Shown piece after piece: positions 63,696 to 64,000 of a DNA stretch of 64,000 nt (position 1 is its first letter; every line of letters starts with the position of its first letter). The position numbers and the translations under genes were made by a program. The notes below the pieces were generated by a model. The model ran no database searches and was not told where the DNA came from. It saw only the letters and a list, made by a program, of their open reading frames with translations. The DNA lies in the NCBI RefSeq assembly GCF_018977255.1, contig NW_024704743.1:104162001-104226000 (forward strand), written 5' to 3'. The stretch is from Callorhinchus milii. Lineage: Eukaryota.

Positions 63696-63778
63696 AGGAG
63701 AAAATGGGGTAGAGGACAAGGGATGATGGATTAACCTCTTTAAAGCATCATCCACTGTCCTCTACCCCATTTTCTCCT
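63696..63778. repeat. 33-bp near-perfect inverted repeat, 17-nt loop
   Basis: AGGAGAAAATGGGGTAGAGGACAAGGGATGATG (63696..63728) vs CATCATCCACTGTCCTCTACCCCATTTTCTCCT (63746..63778). Confidence 0.9.
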
Positions 63779-64000
63779 TTGTCTTCCTTGCCCTGCCTCC
63801 CCCTTCTCTGTTAGCCCTTAAAATTAAAACATTGTGATTGATTGACCACAGCAACAACAACAACAAATTAAGTTTGTAAAGTGCCTTTCACATCAGGAGG
63901 ACGTCCAAATTTGACAGCGGACTCCAGCCATTCACAAGCGGCTTTGGGCTGTCAGTCAGGTCCAGGCGGAGGAACAGGGAAGAAACAATGAAGGGAATGG

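Overview
Repeat-rich vertebrate genomic DNA. The L2/CR1/Penelope/DeuSINE/LF-SINE-type repeat content points to a cartilaginous fish (inference). The window holds one complete 8-exon gene on the + strand, SLC30A8/ZnT8: CDS join(10254..10327,15119..15315,20289..20435,21401..21554,22198..22384,23958..24063,25004..25138,26316..26461), 1146 nt, 381 aa, all GT-AG introns with compatible phases. A first coding exon of a FAM167/AARD-family gene lies on the - strand (1358..1546), divergent from SLC30A8. The rest is mostly decayed L2, CR1, Tx1-like and Penelope fragments and tRNA-derived SINEs. The most unusual part is the gene-free interval downstream of SLC30A8. It contains a 28-bp-period array of ISRE-like motifs (32.6 kb) and a ~0.95-kb inverted duplication with a near-identical 165-nt core (36.8-40.5 kb). 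That duplication carries an unidentified decayed reading frame present in four copies arranged as two convergent pairs. Also seen: a perfect L2-tail hairpin, a hammerhead-ribozyme-like motif in a Penelope remnant, paired metal-response elements upstream of the ZnT8 ATG, and two strong CTCF motifs. Repeat boundaries are approximate and were read by eye.
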